Below are positions 24,922-35,269 of a stretch of 64,000 bases of DNA, in pieces. The number at the start of each line of letters is the position of its first letter. Position 1 is the stretch's first letter. Below the pieces are notes generated by a model. The model was not told the DNA's origin and did no database searches. It saw only the letters and a list, made by a program, of their open reading frames with translations. The stretch comes from a virus. A program made the position numbers and the translations under genes. Where the stretch lies: UHGV virus genome UHGV-1374671. One strand, given 5' to 3'.

Positions 24922-27120
24922 ATGCACAAATTGATCGTAAGACAAGGTATCATGAAACACGCTGCCGAGGAGGATGGTCCGTCTTTCGAGCAGCAGTTCG
25001 GCATTCTGGCCAATGCTATGGTGACTGACAAGTTCCCGCAGCTGGACAACATGAAACTCGCATTTCAGTTGATCGAGAAGTCCGACGACAATCAGGATGC
25101 CTGTGGTGCTTCTGTCTATCTGGTCGGCCGCACTGTCATTTTCATTCCGGCGTTCTTCCGCAACAACAAGCTGAAGACCGGTGATATGATGTTCTCCGCG
25201 CAGTCCCAGTCTTTCCTCCCTCTGTCCGATCCGTGGCTGGCATGGATCAAGAACAAGGACCTGGACGATGGCGGCAAGGAAGTTCCGTCCTCGGTTGCGG
25301 ACAACCGCAGCAACCCGAAGGGCGTCACCATTCGCGAGATCTCGGATCCGATCATGAAGACCGCGTCCGTGTTCCTCAAGGGACTGCTGCATGTGGAACC
25401 GTCACTGGAGGCCAAGCTCAATGACGTCAGCATCCTGGACACCGCGATCCGCATGGGCAAGCAGGCCTCCGAGAACCTGCTCGACAAGCTGCTCCAGGAT
25501 CAGGACTATCTCAATGCGACGCTGACCTTTTATACCGGCAATGACCTGGACAAATTCGCCAAGCAGGCAGCCGCACTGGCCGAGCCTGTGGTGAAGGCTG
25601 AGCTGATTCTGCCGCTGGACAAGAAGGCGCATACGCTGAACGAGGTCGAACTCAAGGCGCTGTACAAGGACGGGTTCTTCATCCGCAAGACTGCCGCCTC
25701 CAAGAACAATCCCAATGTGATCCGCTACAAGCAGATCTCCGGCATGTTCAGTGCGCTGTCCGACATCGGGCGGGTTCAGCTGCTGGTTGCCGGCGGTGAT
25801 TTGAAGGACTGTCTGGTTCTCCGCAAAGCCAACTGGAAGGACATCGGCACCGACACCTACGACGATTGCTGTTGTTCCCCATACGACAATCGCGGTACGA
25901 AAACCGACCCTGCCATGACTGCATCCGGATATATGGGCGGTGCAAAAGACGCCGGGTTTGTTGTTTTGGACGAGAAAGGCAAGCCGCTTAATCTGCCGGC
26001 TGGAGTGATGGTGCTGGCCAACAGCAAGGAGAAGTTCGACAAGGACATGATCAAGGACATCGGACATGCCCTTACGCCTGACAGCATCAAGAGCATTCCG
26101 TGGGGTGCGTCCATCATTCTGCCCACCGGAGAAGTCCGCAGAGCGCTTGGACACATGCAGAAGGCCGTCAACGGCAAGGGCTGGGTCAACGAGGACAGGT
26201 CCATCAGCATCTCCGACAATCCGGATCTGAAACGTCCCATCGGCAGCGGCAACGCAGTCATCCTTCCGCAGGGCTGTCGCATCGTGTTCTGTCCTGTTGA
26301 GTACAACGAGGACGGTACGGAGCGCAGCTACGAGGAGCGGGACAAGATGCACAGTGAGGCCCAGAAGGCTCCCAGTGCTTCCCCGGCGTTTGTCACCATG
26401 GGAACGCTGGATGCGTTCATCACCGACTTCTGCAACAAGCGGTACGACGTTACCAAGATTTACAGCAACGGGCAGGAGTTCGTCATCAGCGACAAGCTGG
26501 ATATGAGCAACCCGCCCATGAGCATCAAGGAAGCCGCGTTCACACTGGTTGACCGCTATGAGATCGATCCGGCCATCGCCAAGGTCATGCTCAAGGAAGC
26601 CAACAACGGCGCCACTTACGACCACCCGCGCTCGACCCAGTATTTCCTGGAGAAGCGGGCCGACGAGATGTGGGACGACGCCAACATCCCGATGACCAAG
26701 ATGCCGAACAAGCCGCCGCGCACCGAGTTCCAGGATATGCCGACCACGTTGGAAGATCCGGCTCAGCTGCAGAAGGCCATCACCACGGCCGCGCAGAACG
26801 GCATCAAGGAAGTGTTCGACGTCACCACGCTCAAGCTGCTGGTGCGCCAGAACCGTTTCTTCGACGAGATCAGTGACGACATCCCGCTGTTCATGCGCAC
26901 GCTGGACAGCCTGTGTCGCAAACTGTTCCAGTTCTACTGGCATACGGACAAAATGGAAGAAAAGTACGGTATGGTGAAAATGAAAGCGCTGGAAGAGAGC
27001 CTCAAGTGCACGATTGACAGTCTTTCAGAACTCACCGTGTTCTTCAAGCTGCGTACTGTCGATGGCTCCGGTACTGTTGGAGACAGTAACGGTGACCTGA
27101 TGACAGGCAATATGCTGTAA
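24922..27120 (+). CDS. hypothetical virion protein (portal candidate by position and size only)
   Basis: 732-aa ORF at the head of a protease / scaffold / capsid-like gene run; no recognisable motif. Confidence 0.6.
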   Translation: MHKLIVRQGIMKHAAEEDGPSFEQQFGILANAMVTDKFPQLDNMKLAFQLIEKSDDNQDACGASVYLVGRTVIFIPAFFRNNKLKTGDMMFSAQSQSFLPLSDPWLAWIKNKDLDDGGKEVPSSVADNRSNPKGVTIREISDPIMKTASVFLKGLLHVEPSLEAKLNDVSILDTAIRMGKQASENLLDKLLQDQDYLNATLTFYTGNDLDKFAKQAAALAEPVVKAELILPLDKKAHTLNEVELKALYKDGFFIRKTAASKNNPNVIRYKQISGMFSALSDIGRVQLLVAGGDLKDCLVLRKANWKDIGTDTYDDCCCSPYDNRGTKTDPAMTASGYMGGAKDAGFVVLDEKGKPLNLPAGVMVLANSKEKFDKDMIKDIGHALTPDSIKSIPWGASIILPTGEVRRALGHMQKAVNGKGWVNEDRSISISDNPDLKRPIGSGNAVILPQGCRIVFCPVEYNEDGTERSYEERDKMHSEAQKAPSASPAFVTMGTLDAFITDFCNKRYDVTKIYSNGQEFVISDKLDMSNPPMSIKEAAFTLVDRYEIDPAIAKVMLKEANNGATYDHPRSTQYFLEKRADEMWDDANIPMTKMPNKPPRTEFQDMPTTLEDPAQLQKAITTAAQNGIKEVFDVTTLKLLVRQNRFFDEISDDIPLFMRTLDSLCRKLFQFYWHTDKMEEKYGMVKMKALEESLKCTIDSLSELTVFFKLRTVDGSGTVGDSNGDLMTGNML

Positions 27121-27128
27121 GGAACCGT

Positions 27129-28043
27129 ATGGACGAAACTGCCACCATAGTGGACGCGGAGCTGCTCGATGTTCAGGCACCTCCGCCGTCCGAAAAAACT
27201 CCCTCCAACACAAGGGAGTTTTTTCTTAGACCGCCGGACTGGCGTTACCAGGAAGCCAGCAAGTATTTGAACGAGGAGCGGGACGGTTTTGTCCCGTCCA
27301 TCCCCTCTGATGTGTTTGTCCAGTTTGCCGTGCGCGGCATTCGGGCTATGAGAAGTCCGCGAACCAGGGACGTGCTGCTCGCCAAGAACTACAACCTGGC
27401 GGCGGCTCTGTACTGCGGGGTGACCGCCAGACACAGCTCCCTGGTGGCCGAAATGGAAGCACTCATCATAGGTGGCTACACCAGGGACACGCTGTCGAAG
27501 GCAACCACCAGAATCAACAAGGACATATTCGAGCTGTACAGGAGAATCTTCTTCGACCTGACAGGCATCACTGCGATGCACTCCTGGATTAACCATTTTC
27601 TATTTGAGCCTGAGAGATATGCAGAGAGTCCGATTCTGTTGCGTTCCAGACTCCTGGCTTATTACAGCTCGGTGCAGGACGGTGTGGATGCCGCGAACAT
27701 GCAGCCATTGAGCAAGGAAGCGCGTGACTGCATGCAGTCCATCATGGAGAATGAGCGGCATAAGAAGATCTTTGATTATGTCGTAAAGGTTGCGCACCTG
27801 GAGCCTGAGAAGTATGCCGAAATCATGGAGGCGGCCATCAAGTCCGCTTCCGACCGCGCGTTTGTGGAACGCATGAAGGAACGGGAAGAGAGCGGGTCGG
27901 CTTCCTTGGAAGAACTGGCCACCGGACTGGAAGAAGGCATCCGGGCATTCAGCCTCGACGAGCTGGAAGCCTCGAAGCAGGATAAAATTGGTCTTGATTT
28001 CGACAACAAGTATATAAGTGCAATCCTGAGAAAGGATCAATAA
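27129..28043 (+). CDS. hypothetical protein
   Basis: 304-aa ORF, tightly packed. Confidence 0.6.
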   Translation: MDETATIVDAELLDVQAPPPSEKTPSNTREFFLRPPDWRYQEASKYLNEERDGFVPSIPSDVFVQFAVRGIRAMRSPRTRDVLLAKNYNLAAALYCGVTARHSSLVAEMEALIIGGYTRDTLSKATTRINKDIFELYRRIFFDLTGITAMHSWINHFLFEPERYAESPILLRSRLLAYYSSVQDGVDAANMQPLSKEARDCMQSIMENERHKKIFDYVVKVAHLEPEKYAEIMEAAIKSASDRAFVERMKEREESGSASLEELATGLEEGIRAFSLDELEASKQDKIGLDFDNKYISAILRKDQ

Positions 28044-28044
28044 G

Positions 28045-29898
28045 ATGGAACAGGTTATCTCCGCAATCGAATCCGCCCGGCTTACCGGAGCGATCGAAAA
28101 AGCCGCTACGCTGGCTACGCTGCACGAAGAGCAGGACCGCAGCGAGCTGCTGGCCAATCAGCTGAAGGAGGCGAACGTCGACGCCAAGTTTGCCAAAGTC
28201 GCGTCGCAGGCCTTCAACAAGCGACTCACCGTGCTGACCTTCCGCAAGACGGCGGACGAACACAGAGCCGAGCCTTTTCCGCTCTCCGACTCCGATCGTG
28301 TGCATGCTCTGATGACCGGCGAAGCGGAGGCCCAGGAAAAGAAAGCCTCGCTGAGTGACGCGAATTTTAAATTCAACTTTGAAATTGCGCGGCCCCCGAT
28401 GCAGAAAGCCGCTTCCGTGTCCGGTTATCAGCGCCCGCTGTACGAGGACACTGTGGACTACAAGACATTCAGTCAGCACATCGACAGCATGCTGGAGAAG
28501 CATGCCGCTCGTGTCAGTGTGCTGTCCGGGATGATCGAGTCGCTGGATTCCAAGGTCCAGGACGAGACCAGGGAGCTGGCCGACTACTTCAGCAAGTCCG
28601 CGTATTCCTCCTACGAGTTCACCACGCTGAACAACTACTATGGAGAGCTGTTCCGGGATGCGCTCAAGGATTCAATGCCGTCCCATGTGGAATTCAAGAA
28701 AACCGCGTCGGCGGCCATTCTCCCGGACAAGGAAGTGTACCGCAAAACCGCTGCCCTTATCCGGGACCGCCAGGCGCTGCAGGACATGAAGGACTTCATG
28801 GCTGACTATGGCAAAGGACTCAACGAATTTGCCAAGACTGCGGCCGCGTTCGGGGATTTCGTTCAGCAGTGCGAATACGACGGCATCCACAAGAAAGCAG
28901 CCCAGAGCTACGTCGGGCAGACAATGCGCGGACTGGGACTGGCTGGGCTTACCACAGTTCAGGCATTGGAAGCTGTACGGCGTTCCGGTCAGGAAGCCAC
29001 GAACACCGGCTTCGGCAATGCTCGCAGACTGTATAACGCCGGCACTGACAACTCCGCTTCGCCGTCTTCGGCGCTGGATGCTGACTTCCTGGTGAAGGAC
29101 CGGTTCCGCGACCGCATGATGGGATGGTCGGACATGTCCGCCGATCCGCAGTTCTCCATGTATCCGGCTGAGCAGGTGTTCCAGGCCACCAACAAGGCCA
29201 TGGATCTTGACACTTCGCTGGAGCGGCCTGATCGTCGTGAACTTCTCCGCGCTCAGGTGGGTCAGTTGCTCGCGCAGAACAACCGTGCAAGCACTGCTGA
29301 CCTCGCCGCGCTGGCCACCACGTTGAAAGGACTGTCCAGTGCGGGCGGTTCGGCTGCCTCCATTGCAGCCGCCCCGGTCGCCGCCATGGACAAGGTCGTC
29401 GCTCCGGAACCGGCGCAGCTCGATCACATCACTGATGCGATTCCGGCCAATAGCCCGTTCCTTGCCAAGGACTTCATTACGCAGTATAGCAACCAGATGG
29501 AAGCTGCGCGACTGCAGGATCAGAAAGAGGACGAGGCCGAGCTGGCGGAACTCAAGAAGCAGCGTGACGCTGCGATCGACCGCAAACTCAAGGAACAGGA
29601 CAAGGAAGAAGAGCGCAAGTACAGAGAGCTGCAGGCCGCCAGTGCCGAACAGCGGAACAAGGCTATACAGAACAGGTCACAGTACGAGAGGGCTCGACAA
29701 GCCGCAATCGGGCATGTGCTTAAGGCTTATGACCTGCATTACAACACGTCTGACAAGGTCTTTGAAGACAGACACGGGGCCCGGTACACACCGGATACCG
29801 TGGCCCAGATGGCTACTGCATACATGACTGGTATGGATGATCTCAATACCCAGATCGACAGCAAGCTGCCGTCTCCTCCGCCGGCGCCTGTGAACTGA
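28045..29898 (+). CDS. hypothetical protein (coiled-coil rich)
   Basis: 617-aa ORF; start is 1 nt after the upstream stop. Confidence 0.6.
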   Translation: MEQVISAIESARLTGAIEKAATLATLHEEQDRSELLANQLKEANVDAKFAKVASQAFNKRLTVLTFRKTADEHRAEPFPLSDSDRVHALMTGEAEAQEKKASLSDANFKFNFEIARPPMQKAASVSGYQRPLYEDTVDYKTFSQHIDSMLEKHAARVSVLSGMIESLDSKVQDETRELADYFSKSAYSSYEFTTLNNYYGELFRDALKDSMPSHVEFKKTASAAILPDKEVYRKTAALIRDRQALQDMKDFMADYGKGLNEFAKTAAAFGDFVQQCEYDGIHKKAAQSYVGQTMRGLGLAGLTTVQALEAVRRSGQEATNTGFGNARRLYNAGTDNSASPSSALDADFLVKDRFRDRMMGWSDMSADPQFSMYPAEQVFQATNKAMDLDTSLERPDRRELLRAQVGQLLAQNNRASTADLAALATTLKGLSSAGGSAASIAAAPVAAMDKVVAPEPAQLDHITDAIPANSPFLAKDFITQYSNQMEAARLQDQKEDEAELAELKKQRDAAIDRKLKEQDKEEERKYRELQAASAEQRNKAIQNRSQYERARQAAIGHVLKAYDLHYNTSDKVFEDRHGARYTPDTVAQMATAYMTGMDDLNTQIDSKLPSPPPAPVN

Positions 29899-29916
29899 TG
29901 AAACGGGGAATGCAAG

Positions 29917-31797
29917 ATGAAGAAACACTTTCTTCCTGAGAGCTTCGATTTTGGGATGCCGTCCGTTGAGCTGATCGGAGTCGGTACCAAAGGACTGGAC
30001 AAGACTGCCATGGTGAAGCGGGCCAGCGCGTTCGACGATGTGATCGGGGATCTGAAAAAGAAACCCAATCGCGAGTACCTGCATGTGATCACCACCGGCG
30101 CGTTTGAGAAGTACGGCGCCAACGCCAACTGTTTCATTGGTGAAACCCCTGTCCTGACCACACTGACTGGGAAACGCAAAAAGATCAAGGACATCAAAGA
30201 GGGCGATCTGGTGCTGACCGGCAAAGGTCGTTTGCGTCCTGTTACCAAGGTCTATGTCAGGAAGTATGCCGGAGAGATCATTGAGGTATGGGGTACGGAA
30301 TGGAAAAGCAAAGTATCCATGACAGCAGAGCACCCGGTGCAGGTGGTCAACCCCGGTAACCGGGAAACGCTGGACGGCAAGTTCGTGAAAGCGTGTACGC
30401 TTACGATCAATGACGAACTGGTGGTGCCGGCCATGGACCATGTTAAGAGCGGTAATAAGGAGTTTCACGACAAAGTCGCTCTTGTCAGATCTCGAAATGC
30501 CAAATGTTCCACGGTGTTCAATCTTGAGGTGGAGGAAGACCACACGTACTGCATTCCGTTCGTGGTGCACAACTGCGACGGCTGGAATGGTGAGTCGTTT
30601 GATCTGGAATTCCCGCATCCAGAAGACCAGAAAAAGAAAAAGATCACGTTGGACGGCGGGTTGTCCAAGTACCATGACGATACCTACATGAAGAACGGTG
30701 CCGTGTACCAGGAACACAAGACCAAGCGTGCCGGCGTCGATCCCAGCGGGGAAGTCGTAGCTGCACGGTACAACCCGATCATGAAGCGCGGTGAGTTAAT
30801 TATCAGCGTGGACACTGGCAAATGGGCTTCCCGCCTGCAGAAGAAAGCGCAGGGCAAGGATATCTATCTCAGCATCGGGGCCGACGTGCCGCATGACATT
30901 TGTAACATCTGTGGACGCATCGCCAAGACCGCAAGCCAGCACTGCGATCACTTCAAGAAGCACCGTGGCCAGGTGTACGACTCCGGTGTGCGTGCCTGTG
31001 TGATGAACGACTCCCCGAGTTTCTACGACATCAGCGGAGTCGACGTTCCGGCTGATCAAATCGCTTTTGTTCTCAGCAAGGTGGCCAGCGGCTCTACGGC
31101 CAAGGAGGCCGCGCTGGAAGTGCTGAGCGTCTGCACTCCCCGTCGCCCGATGCTGTACACCAAAGCGGCTGCCATTTTGGACAAGCTCTCCAAGATGGAG
31201 AAACAGCTGGTCGGCATGGTGGAGGGAGACAAACAGGAGCCCGCTTTCCATGACGATGACGAAGTCGCCAAAGATTTTATACTCAAAGTAGAAAACTTCC
31301 CCAGCGACGAAATCATCGACAGCTGTAATCGGAAAGGCATCCTGTTGTCCCCCGGCATGCTGTTCAAGATCATGGGCAAGGACTGCACGGAGGACTCCGA
31401 CAAGGAGATGCTGTGCGGACTGGATGACGACTGCTGCGGGGATTGCTCCACGATGTTCGAGGACATGGAAGAGGATGAGTGCTGCAACGAGGAACTGCTG
31501 GACGGCAGCTTTGACGAGCACCTCCCGGCTGACCTGTCGTTGGACGCCATCCTTGAGAAGTTCGTACCGGAGTTCGGTGTCACCCAGCCGGCTATGCAAG
31601 GCAAGATCATCACCGTCACCATCACCGGGCGCAAGGGGAAAGAGCCCAAGCAGGAGTCCAAAGAGGCTTCTCTTAATAAGCAGGCACAGGAAGCTCTCCG
31701 GCGCACGTATGCCAGGTACGTCATCAGTTTCGCCGAACGAAATGACGACGCAACCTGTTACAATGCGCTGAGAAAAATAGCAGTTTACGGCAAATAA
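29917..31797 (+). CDS. intein-containing protein of unknown function (a prohead-protease role is only a guess from gene order); acidic Cys-rich C-terminus
   Basis: 626-aa ORF; extein junction FEKYGANAN|...|CDGWNGESF; C-terminal DDDCCGDCSTMFEDMEEDECCNEE. Confidence 0.65.
   Translation: MKKHFLPESFDFGMPSVELIGVGTKGLDKTAMVKRASAFDDVIGDLKKKPNREYLHVITTGAFEKYGANANCFIGETPVLTTLTGKRKKIKDIKEGDLVLTGKGRLRPVTKVYVRKYAGEIIEVWGTEWKSKVSMTAEHPVQVVNPGNRETLDGKFVKACTLTINDELVVPAMDHVKSGNKEFHDKVALVRSRNAKCSTVFNLEVEEDHTYCIPFVVHNCDGWNGESFDLEFPHPEDQKKKKITLDGGLSKYHDDTYMKNGAVYQEHKTKRAGVDPSGEVVAARYNPIMKRGELIISVDTGKWASRLQKKAQGKDIYLSIGADVPHDICNICGRIAKTASQHCDHFKKHRGQVYDSGVRACVMNDSPSFYDISGVDVPADQIAFVLSKVASGSTAKEAALEVLSVCTPRRPMLYTKAAAILDKLSKMEKQLVGMVEGDKQEPAFHDDDEVAKDFILKVENFPSDEIIDSCNRKGILLSPGMLFKIMGKDCTEDSDKEMLCGLDDDCCGDCSTMFEDMEEDECCNEELLDGSFDEHLPADLSLDAILEKFVPEFGVTQPAMQGKIITVTITGRKGKEPKQESKEASLNKQAQEALRRTYARYVISFAERNDDATCYNALRKIAVYGK
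30130..30573 (+). mobile_element. intein 4 (148-aa mini-intein, no endonuclease)
   Basis: CFIGETPVLT...GDLVLT (A), TAEHP (B), FNLEVEEDHTY (F), FVVHN|C (G). Confidence 0.75.
31275..31295 (+). promoter_or_regulatory. dyad motif copy 2 (TTTTATACTCAAAGTAGAAAA)
   Basis: Sequence match; sits in frame in the coding sequence (DFILKVEN). Confidence 0.45.
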
Positions 31798-31815
31798 GCC
31801 GTTTTCTTGAACGTG

Positions 31816-31836
31816 GCGGCCTCTGTGTAAGGCCGC
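31816..31836 (+). terminator. hairpin gcggcct-ctgtgta-aggccgc (no U-tract)
   Basis: 7-bp stem immediately after the stop of the upstream gene. Confidence 0.3.
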
Positions 31837-31873
31837 AAAACAGTGAATCCACAAAGATAAGGACACGCACAAC

Positions 31874-33088
31874 ATGAGCAACCAACTTCAGACGAAGGCC
31901 GCGTCTCTGGCGCAGATTCTGGCAGCCAACAAGCTGACCAAGTCCGCTGAACAGGAAATTACGCATACCGAGCCGACTGCCCAGACCGATCTCGGCAAGG
32001 AGCAGACGCAGGAGATCAAGAAGTACGTCGAAGGGGATCTGGCGTTCACCGACGCTGCGAAGAACACCCCGAAGGATCAGGTCCAGGAAATCCCGGGCGC
32101 CCAGTCGCTGAATGCGACCCCGGAAAGCGCTCTGGCCGCCACCGGCACCAAGGTTGAGAACATCACCGCCGACGGCTGCCCGACCGGCACCCCGCAGGAA
32201 CAGGCGAAAAAGGCGTCCGATTATCGTGCGCAGCTCGCCGGTATTCTGAAGCAGACCCAGCAGAAGAAGGCCGCCCAGGTTCAGAAGCAGGCTTCTTTTA
32301 CCGAAGCCGACTTCCGCACCGGCACTGAGGTCATGGAAAAGTTCGCGTCGCTGACCCCGAATTCCACCCAGGAGGACATCCTCGCTGCGCAGGAAGATCT
32401 GATCAAGCTGGCGAACACCAACCCGATCTTCGGCATCATTCGCGATCGCATCATCCAGACCAAGATGGCTGCGGACATTGATGCGCTGGCGGAAGCCGAG
32501 GGAATCTCTCCGGAAGAAGCCGCTGCGGAGATGCAGGCCGCTGCGGACGCTGACCCGTCCATGATGGCGGCGCTGGAAGACGAGGCGAACGGTGAAGCCG
32601 TGGCCGAGCTGGCAGAAGCCGAGGAAGCGACCGACGGACTGATGACCGAGATCCAGGGCATGGCCGACGCCGCGTCCCAGACCCTTGGCGAGGAAGTCAC
32701 CCCGGACGACATCGTCGCCGCTGCTGAAGAGACCGACCGCATGGCTGCTGAACTCGGCGTTCCGCCGGAAGTGCTGATTCAGGCCGCGCTTGACGAGATG
32801 ACCGGCGAAGCGGCCGCTGCGGAAGTTACCCCGGAAGACGAAGCCAACGCCCAGCAGATTCTCGATGCTGCCGCCGCCGAAGGCATCTCTCCGGAAGAAG
32901 TGATCCAGATGGCCACCAACGAGCTGGAAGGCGGCTCGGCGGTGGAGGAAGACGCTGCTGCGGCCCCGGCTGCGGAAGAGCCCAAAGAAGAACCCACCGA
33001 GAAGGCAGCCAGTCTGCAGAAACGTGCGGGGACCTTGCGTGCGGAGTTCGTCCGTCAGATGCGCGCTCAGCGGCGGAGTCAGAAGTAA
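31874..33088 (+). CDS. acidic Ala/Glu-rich scaffold-like protein
   Basis: Low-complexity AAAE/EEA repeats. Position precedes the capsid candidates. Conserved leader AGGACACGCACAACATG. Confidence 0.6.
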   Translation: MSNQLQTKAASLAQILAANKLTKSAEQEITHTEPTAQTDLGKEQTQEIKKYVEGDLAFTDAAKNTPKDQVQEIPGAQSLNATPESALAATGTKVENITADGCPTGTPQEQAKKASDYRAQLAGILKQTQQKKAAQVQKQASFTEADFRTGTEVMEKFASLTPNSTQEDILAAQEDLIKLANTNPIFGIIRDRIIQTKMAADIDALAEAEGISPEEAAAEMQAAADADPSMMAALEDEANGEAVAELAEAEEATDGLMTEIQGMADAASQTLGEEVTPDDIVAAAEETDRMAAELGVPPEVLIQAALDEMTGEAAAAEVTPEDEANAQQILDAAAAEGISPEEVIQMATNELEGGSAVEEDAAAAPAAEEPKEEPTEKAASLQKRAGTLRAEFVRQMRAQRRSQK

Positions 33089-33104
33089 GGGAAGGAGGTC
33101 TGTA

Positions 33105-33557
33105 ATGGACTCGAATATGGATGCCCTTACAAAGCTGGCATCTGAGCTTACCGACCGCGTCGAAGCTCTTGAGAAGCAGAACGCACAGCTCTGCTCCGAG
33201 AACAAGGCGCTGAAGGAAAGCCAGGTGAAGCAGGCGGCTGCCACCGTGGTCTCGGAAGAGGTTGCGGCGAAAACCTGCGAACTGCTGGTGAAAGCCGGCA
33301 GCATCCAGCAGGATCAGGTGGAAGCGACCAAGCAGGCGTTTCTGCACGATCCGGAAGCAGCGCACCGCACAATTGAGGGTTTTGTTGACGCTCTCACTCA
33401 GGAGAAGGCAGCATCGAGCTCGGAAGAGCAGGAAGCTGACGACGTGAGTGGAGGTCGTCTGGCGGCTCCGTTGAGCGGTCAGGAAAAGACCGCCGAGGAT
33501 TCATGCCTCGACCGGATGTCCCAGATCCTCAACATGGGACACAGCAATCGCTGGTAA
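33105..33557 (+). CDS. coiled-coil protein
   Basis: RBS ggaaggagg; ATG 33105 is in frame with track ORF 33024. Confidence 0.55.
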   Translation: MDSNMDALTKLASELTDRVEALEKQNAQLCSENKALKESQVKQAAATVVSEEVAAKTCELLVKAGSIQQDQVEATKQAFLHDPEAAHRTIEGFVDALTQEKAASSSEEQEADDVSGGRLAAPLSGQEKTAEDSCLDRMSQILNMGHSNRW

Positions 33558-33586
33558 CAGCAGAAACAATAAGGAAGGGTAATCAA

Positions 33587-34171
33587 ATGTCTGCGATTAC
33601 GAGAACCGACTTTACTCGGCAGTATGAGCACGTGGCGGCCATCGCGCACGGCGCCCACCCTGAGTATCGCCTTGAGTTCGATGCCTTCGTGAAGAACGAA
33701 GCGGCCTCGAAGGGCATCTATCAGGGTTCCGTTGTCAGCCTCAACGCTGACGGCGAGTACGTCATCGGCTGCGGAGCCGGTACCGGAATGAACTTCCCGG
33801 TCCCCTGCATCTCGATGAAGAACATCTTTGATCCGGATGTGACGGCCGGCGTTAAGGGCAAGACCTATCAGTCTTCGACCTACAGCGCCATTGGCGGCAA
33901 GATCACCGCGATCCCGTGCACCGGTGGATATGAGATCGAGACCACGGAGTTCAAGACCGACTCGACCTATCACCCGAACGACGCGCTCACCGCGCTGACC
34001 GGGGCTGATATCGGCAAGATCGGACTGGCTACCAAGCAGCCGGGTGACACCGAGCCGTATGTCGGTTTCGTGTCCCAGGTGCCGTACACGGACCGCAACA
34101 CCAACGGTTCGCGTCTGTCGTTCTGGACGAATTTCATCCCGGCCCGGTTCGCAACTGCTGCTGGCGCGTAA
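33587..34171 (+). CDS. hypothetical structural protein (head decoration candidate)
   Basis: RBS aaggaaggg; ATG 33587 is in frame with track ORF 33503. Confidence 0.55.
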   Translation: MSAITRTDFTRQYEHVAAIAHGAHPEYRLEFDAFVKNEAASKGIYQGSVVSLNADGEYVIGCGAGTGMNFPVPCISMKNIFDPDVTAGVKGKTYQSSTYSAIGGKITAIPCTGGYEIETTEFKTDSTYHPNDALTALTGADIGKIGLATKQPGDTEPYVGFVSQVPYTDRNTNGSRLSFWTNFIPARFATAAGA

Positions 34172-34187
34172 GGAAGGAGCATAAGAA

Positions 34188-35150
34188 ATGTATAACCAGG
34201 AAAAACTCGCTTCCATTTCGGAAGACATCAAGGCGAAGCTGCTCTCCGGCGATAAAGAGCTGCAGAAGACCGCCGGCCTTGCCGCCAGCGAATACTTCCG
34301 CACGGAAATCCGTGAAAACGGTATCCGCCGCCAGATCACCCCGCCGACCACTGTGACCCGTGAGAACTTCGACACCGTCGAAGACACGGACTTCCCGGTC
34401 ATGTTCGTTGAAATTGCGCCGAAATCGGCGGGCGCTCGCAAGGTGTCCTTCGAGACCGGTCCGCGCGGCAATGTCATTCACGGGAAGAAAGCCCGTGTCG
34501 AGTTTGCGCGTATCATGACGGAGAAGTACTCCATCGACAAGATCCGCCTCGAGACCTACAAGATGCCGATCCTCGACATCTTCTACGACCTGATGCTCAA
34601 AGACATCATGGACGTGGAAGACGAGGTCACCCTTGCGGTCGACAACGACATCGTCGGTACCGTCGACACCGTGAACGACGAGATGGGCTGCTGCCGTTTC
34701 GTCCATGCCGGCCCGCTCAGCCGCGATGCGATGGTCCACCTCAAGAAAGGCATGAAGGTCGCCCCGGGCAACCTGCAGCCGGCCAAGTTCCTGATGAACG
34801 ACCTGACCCACTGCGACTTCGGCGTCTTCGGACGTGACGTCGTCGGCGGTGACATGGCCCAGGAAATGTTCATCAACGGCGTCACCCTGACCAAGGTCCA
34901 GGGCGTCGACACCGTCGTCACGACCAAGAAGAACCTGGTCAAGGCCGACGAAGTGTTCATCTACACCGATCCGCGCTACTACGGTGGGTTCTACACCTAC
35001 AAAGACGTGGCGATGGTCGTGGACGAGAAGGACGACATCTGGTTGACCTTCTTCGCGCACGAAACGGTCGGTGCGTCGGTCATCAACGCCGCTGGCGTCG
35101 CCAAGGCGCTGCTCAACGGCACGCTGAAGGACTGGTACACCGGTCAGTAA
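34188..35150 (+). CDS. major capsid protein candidate (by position and strong terminator only)
   Basis: Strong RBS aaggaagga. Followed by the best terminator in the window. Sits after the scaffold-like gene. Confidence 0.35.
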   Translation: MYNQEKLASISEDIKAKLLSGDKELQKTAGLAASEYFRTEIRENGIRRQITPPTTVTRENFDTVEDTDFPVMFVEIAPKSAGARKVSFETGPRGNVIHGKKARVEFARIMTEKYSIDKIRLETYKMPILDIFYDLMLKDIMDVEDEVTLAVDNDIVGTVDTVNDEMGCCRFVHAGPLSRDAMVHLKKGMKVAPGNLQPAKFLMNDLTHCDFGVFGRDVVGGDMAQEMFINGVTLTKVQGVDTVVTTKKNLVKADEVFIYTDPRYYGGFYTYKDVAMVVDEKDDIWLTFFAHETVGASVINAAGVAKALLNGTLKDWYTGQ

Positions 35151-35180
35151 GCGCACATTGATCTGACAAGATCGCAAATG

Positions 35181-35222
35181 AGGGGCTCTCGCTGCTGTAA
35201 ACAGTAAGAGCCCCTTATTTTG
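35181..35222 (+). terminator. rho-independent terminator
   Basis: aggggctct and agagcccct form a 9-bp stem with a nested ctgt/acag stem, followed by tattttg. Confidence 0.7.
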
Positions 35223-35269
35223 TCCGTTATAGTAGGACTGCAATTCCCTATCACAGAAAGGATGTTACA

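Noticed and set aside
34188-35150. Confident call of major capsid protein
   Set aside because: Only positional evidence and a strong terminator; no HK97-fold motif is recognisable by eye, so it is kept as a low-confidence candidate.
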